NCBI GenBank assembly: GCA_902793285.1
Contig: CADBCV010000009.1
Coordinates: forward strand, 1,210 to 65,209
Reading direction: 5' to 3'
Origin: Oscillospiraceae bacterium
Lineage (GTDB): Bacteria > Bacillota > Clostridia > Oscillospirales > Oscillospiraceae
Length of the DNA stretch: 64,000 nt
Shown here: positions 61,872-64,000 of the stretch, one piece after another
Layout: every line of letters starts with the position of its first letter
Numbering within the stretch: position 1 is the stretch's first letter
Made by a program: the position numbers and the translations under genes
Notes under the pieces: model-generated
What the model was told of the DNA's origin: nothing
The model's database searches: none
Seen by the model: the letters and a program-made list of their open reading frames with translations, nothing else

Positions 61872-63167
61872 TCAGCCCACGGGGCGGATGCTGCCGTCCA
61901 TGAGGATGAGACTGCCGTCCTCCCCGCTCATGGTGAGGTAGAGGCTCTTGAGCCCGTCCTGGGTGCGGTAGCTGATTTTCAGGTTCGGCATCCCGTCGGG
62001 GATGTCGGTCTGGATCTGGACGGCGCAGTCGCGCATCACGCTGCAGGACCAGAGCTGGGCCGTCTCATAGAAGGCATCGGAATACTGCACGCTTGTCAGG
62101 CGTACATCGTGCGCGGCCCCGTTTACAACAAGGTAGAGGGCGGCGCCGGTGTCGCTGATCTTCACCATGTCAAGGATTTCGGTGTTGCCCTCCACCATCT
62201 CCTCCGCGGGGAGGACATGGAAGGCGGCGTTTTCCGTGCCGGCCTCGGGGATATAGCGCGGGTAGAGGTAGGCGGCGGCCGCGTCATAGGGCACGAGGAA
62301 GCTGATGGGGCCCGCGGCGTGGCTCGAGAGCTCATAGTCGTCGGAGAAGAGGACCATGCCGTCATAGTCAAAGTACCAGGACCCCTCCCGCACGAGGGCG
62401 GCGAGGGCGGGCTCCAGCTCCGCCTCCTCGAGATATATCCGCTCAGAGAGCTCGGGATCGTTTTGAATCTCGTCCAGCATGAAGGATGTGAGGAAGGCCG
62501 CGAAGCCCTCCGGGTCCACGCTCACGGTGTCGAGCGTCAGAAGCTCGCCCGAGTTTGCATCGAAGCAGTAGGCGCGGGAGGCCATCTGGCCATGGGCGCC
62601 GCCGGTATAGCTGTAGTCGTTGAAAAGGAGCGTGAGGACCGTGCCGTCGTTTCGCAGGATGGCGGCGCTGCGGTCGGCGCTCATCTCGAGGTTGGGGTAC
62701 TCCGCCCCCGTCTCCATCTGGTAGAGATAGTTGTCCTCGGCAAGGGTGAGCATGTTGTTGTAGCCGGTGCCGTAGCCGTCCCCGTAATCCTCGCCGGTAT
62801 AGAAGGCCTCGCTCTGCAGGGCGATGAACTCGTTGATCTTCTCGGCCGCGGCGGGGTTGTTTTCCATCTCGACCATCGGGGTATCATAAGAGAAGCTGAG
62901 TATCCTTGTCTCGCCGCTCTGCGGGTCCATGGCCTCAAGCGCGGTTTTGTCCACCGTGACGATGACCCGCTGCTCCTGCACCGGGGCGGGCGTGGGGACA
63001 GGCGTGGGCTTCGGGGTCGGCTCCGGCGTCGGCTCCGCGGTGGGCGACGGCGACGGCGTCGGCGCGGCGGTCGGCAACGGGGTGGGAAGCGGTTTCTCCA
63101 GCACGCCGCAGGCGCCGAGCGTCAGGCAGAACGCGGCGAGCAATACGATGGCGATCCTTTTTTTCAT
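61872..63167 (-). CDS. Lipoprotein with a Pro/Thr-rich linker and DUF4163/DUF3298-like (RsiV-like) domains
   Basis: The ATG at 63167 (MKKRIAIVLLAAFCLTLGAC) gives a lipobox. The linker is PTPLPTAAPTPSPSPTAEPTPEPTPKPTPVPTP, and YSYTGGAHG is typical of DUF3298. Confidence 0.75.
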   Translation of the reverse strand: MKKRIAIVLLAAFCLTLGACGVLEKPLPTPLPTAAPTPSPSPTAEPTPEPTPKPTPVPTPAPVQEQRVIVTVDKTALEAMDPQSGETRILSFSYDTPMVEMENNPAAAEKINEFIALQSEAFYTGEDYGDGYGTGYNNMLTLAEDNYLYQMETGAEYPNLEMSADRSAAILRNDGTVLTLLFNDYSYTGGAHGQMASRAYCFDANSGELLTLDTVSVDPEGFAAFLTSFMLDEIQNDPELSERIYLEEAELEPALAALVREGSWYFDYDGMVLFSDDYELSSHAAGPISFLVPYDAAAAYLYPRYIPEAGTENAAFHVLPAEEMVEGNTEILDMVKISDTGAALYLVVNGAAHDVRLTSVQYSDAFYETAQLWSCSVMRDCAVQIQTDIPDGMPNLKISYRTQDGLKSLYLTMSGEDGSLILMDGSIRPVG

Positions 63168-63205
63168 AGTCAGCATCCTTTCCGGTCAAAGCGGTTGAAG
63201 CGTTT

Positions 63206-63700
63206 TCAGTCCTCCGGGATTTTCAAGGAGAGGGCGGCGTTCGTGTAGCGCGGATCGTCCGTCACCTCGCGGATGAGGCGCACTTCCGGCGGCAGGGTGA
63301 AGGCGTCGGCCTCGTCTGTCAGCTCGATCTCCAGCAACGCCCTGTCCTTCCAGAAGGGAAAGACGTCCAGCTCCCAGAGAAGGTTCCCGGATCGAAAGCA
63401 GCAGCGCGTCTTTTCAATGGGCCGCCGCCGGGGGTCCGCGCGCCGGAGAAGGCTTTCGTATTCTTCGGCGCTGATCGTATGCTCCTTCTCGATGCGGCGC
63501 ATACTGTTCAGTTTATATTTGACGGTGTGGGTATATTCACACGCGCCGCCGCGCACGCGCTTGCGCACCCGCTCGGTGCTGTTCTCCGCCCCGAGAAGAT
63601 AGGTCTGCGTGATCTCGGAGCGCTCACAGCGGTCCAGGAACGCGGGGTCCGGCATGGCGATGAGAAACTTGCGCTCGATTTCAAAGCCGTTTATGTTCAT
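63206..63700 (-). CDS. CYTH domain protein
   Basis: I prefer the ATG at 63700 (GAAGGTG upstream); the ORF-track start at 63706 is GTG. The N-terminal EIERKFL signature of CYTH/triphosphate tunnel enzymes is present. Confidence 0.75.
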   Translation of the reverse strand: MNINGFEIERKFLIAMPDPAFLDRCERSEITQTYLLGAENSTERVRKRVRGGACEYTHTVKYKLNSMRRIEKEHTISAEEYESLLRRADPRRRPIEKTRCCFRSGNLLWELDVFPFWKDRALLEIELTDEADAFTLPPEVRLIREVTDDPRYTNAALSLKIPED

Positions 63701-63702
63701 AT

Positions 63703-64000
63703 TCACACCTTCTGCATGTGCTGGGCCGCGGCGCGCAGCATCAGCTTTTTTACCGTCTCCCCGAAGCGGATCTCCACAAGGAAGTCCCCGCCCATGGGCG
63801 TCATTTTCAGGATCTCCCCCGCGCCGAAAGCCTTGTGCTGCACCCTGTCGCCCACTTCAAAGCTGACAGCCGGCGCGCTCTTCGGGGCGGCGGGGGCGGG
63901 ATAGGCCGGCGTCCTGGGCGCCGCAGGCTCCGCCTTCGGGGAGGCGAAGGCCGCGACGGGCTCGCGCGCTCGCGACTCATAGCCGTAGTGCCGGGGGATG
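63703..64000 (-). CDS. pcrA: C-terminal end of a UvrD/PcrA-type DNA helicase (partial, continues right of the window)
   Basis: My translation of the minus strand ends ...SFEVGDRVQHKAFGAGEILKMTPMGGDFLVEIRFGETVKKLMLRAAAQHMQKV*. This is the conserved PcrA C-terminal Tudor-like motif. Confidence 0.65.
   Translation of the reverse strand, partial: IPRHYGYESRAREPVAAFASPKAEPAAPRTPAYPAPAAPKSAPAVSFEVGDRVQHKAFGAGEILKMTPMGGDFLVEIRFGETVKKLMLRAAAQHMQKV

Overview
GC-rich chromosomal segment of Firmicutes/Clostridia type. That assignment is an inference from a T-box leader, CIRCE, a glycine riboswitch, rplU-rpmA-obg, long-form HPF, FtsH and PrsW. I support about 60 protein-coding genes, most of them housekeeping or transport. 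They include a GAF-fused ABC ATPase with a double-FtsX permease, two sigma/anti-sigma pairs, hsp20 and ftsH, and a rhaB-isomerase-rhaD-fucO deoxy-sugar operon. Also present are a D-aminoacylase-like hydrolase, a SplB-like radical SAM enzyme, a WYL regulator, gltS, rsmI, hpf and an LRR surface protein. Further genes are two alanine/glycine:cation symporters, an Opp/Nik-type ABC transporter, moaA-moaC-moaE-like, an MMPL-GLUG-MATE block, obg, L27/L21 and the 3' end of a PcrA/UvrD helicase. I found no rRNA, tRNA, CRISPR array, transposase or integrase. The most interesting signals are non-coding. (1) A 68-bp hairpin-plus-Shine-Dalgarno unit is tandemly repeated in both intercistronic gaps of the rha-like operon, and its sequence variation sits almost entirely in a loop. 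(2) A 143-148 bp palindromic MITE/REP-like element is present in three full copies plus fragments. (3) A 31-bp palindrome, TTTACTGYG-N13-CACAGTAAA, occurs at the TetR promoter and again 21 kb away in front of a thiamine pyrophosphokinase/SprT operon. (4) A T-box leader with a consensus promoter runs off the left edge of the window. (5) A singlet glycine riboswitch controls one of the two AGCS paralogues. (6) A perfect CIRCE overlaps the hsp20 promoter. Several loci look like deletion scars: a two-component system reduced to an RR N-terminus plus an HK C-terminus, an SDR gene with its middle missing, and a sigma factor lacking part of region 2. The MATE gene has no canonical start codon upstream of its conserved first helix. 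The rha-like operon carries an AraA-family isomerase where RhaA would be expected. All functional calls come from reading motifs by eye; no database search was possible.
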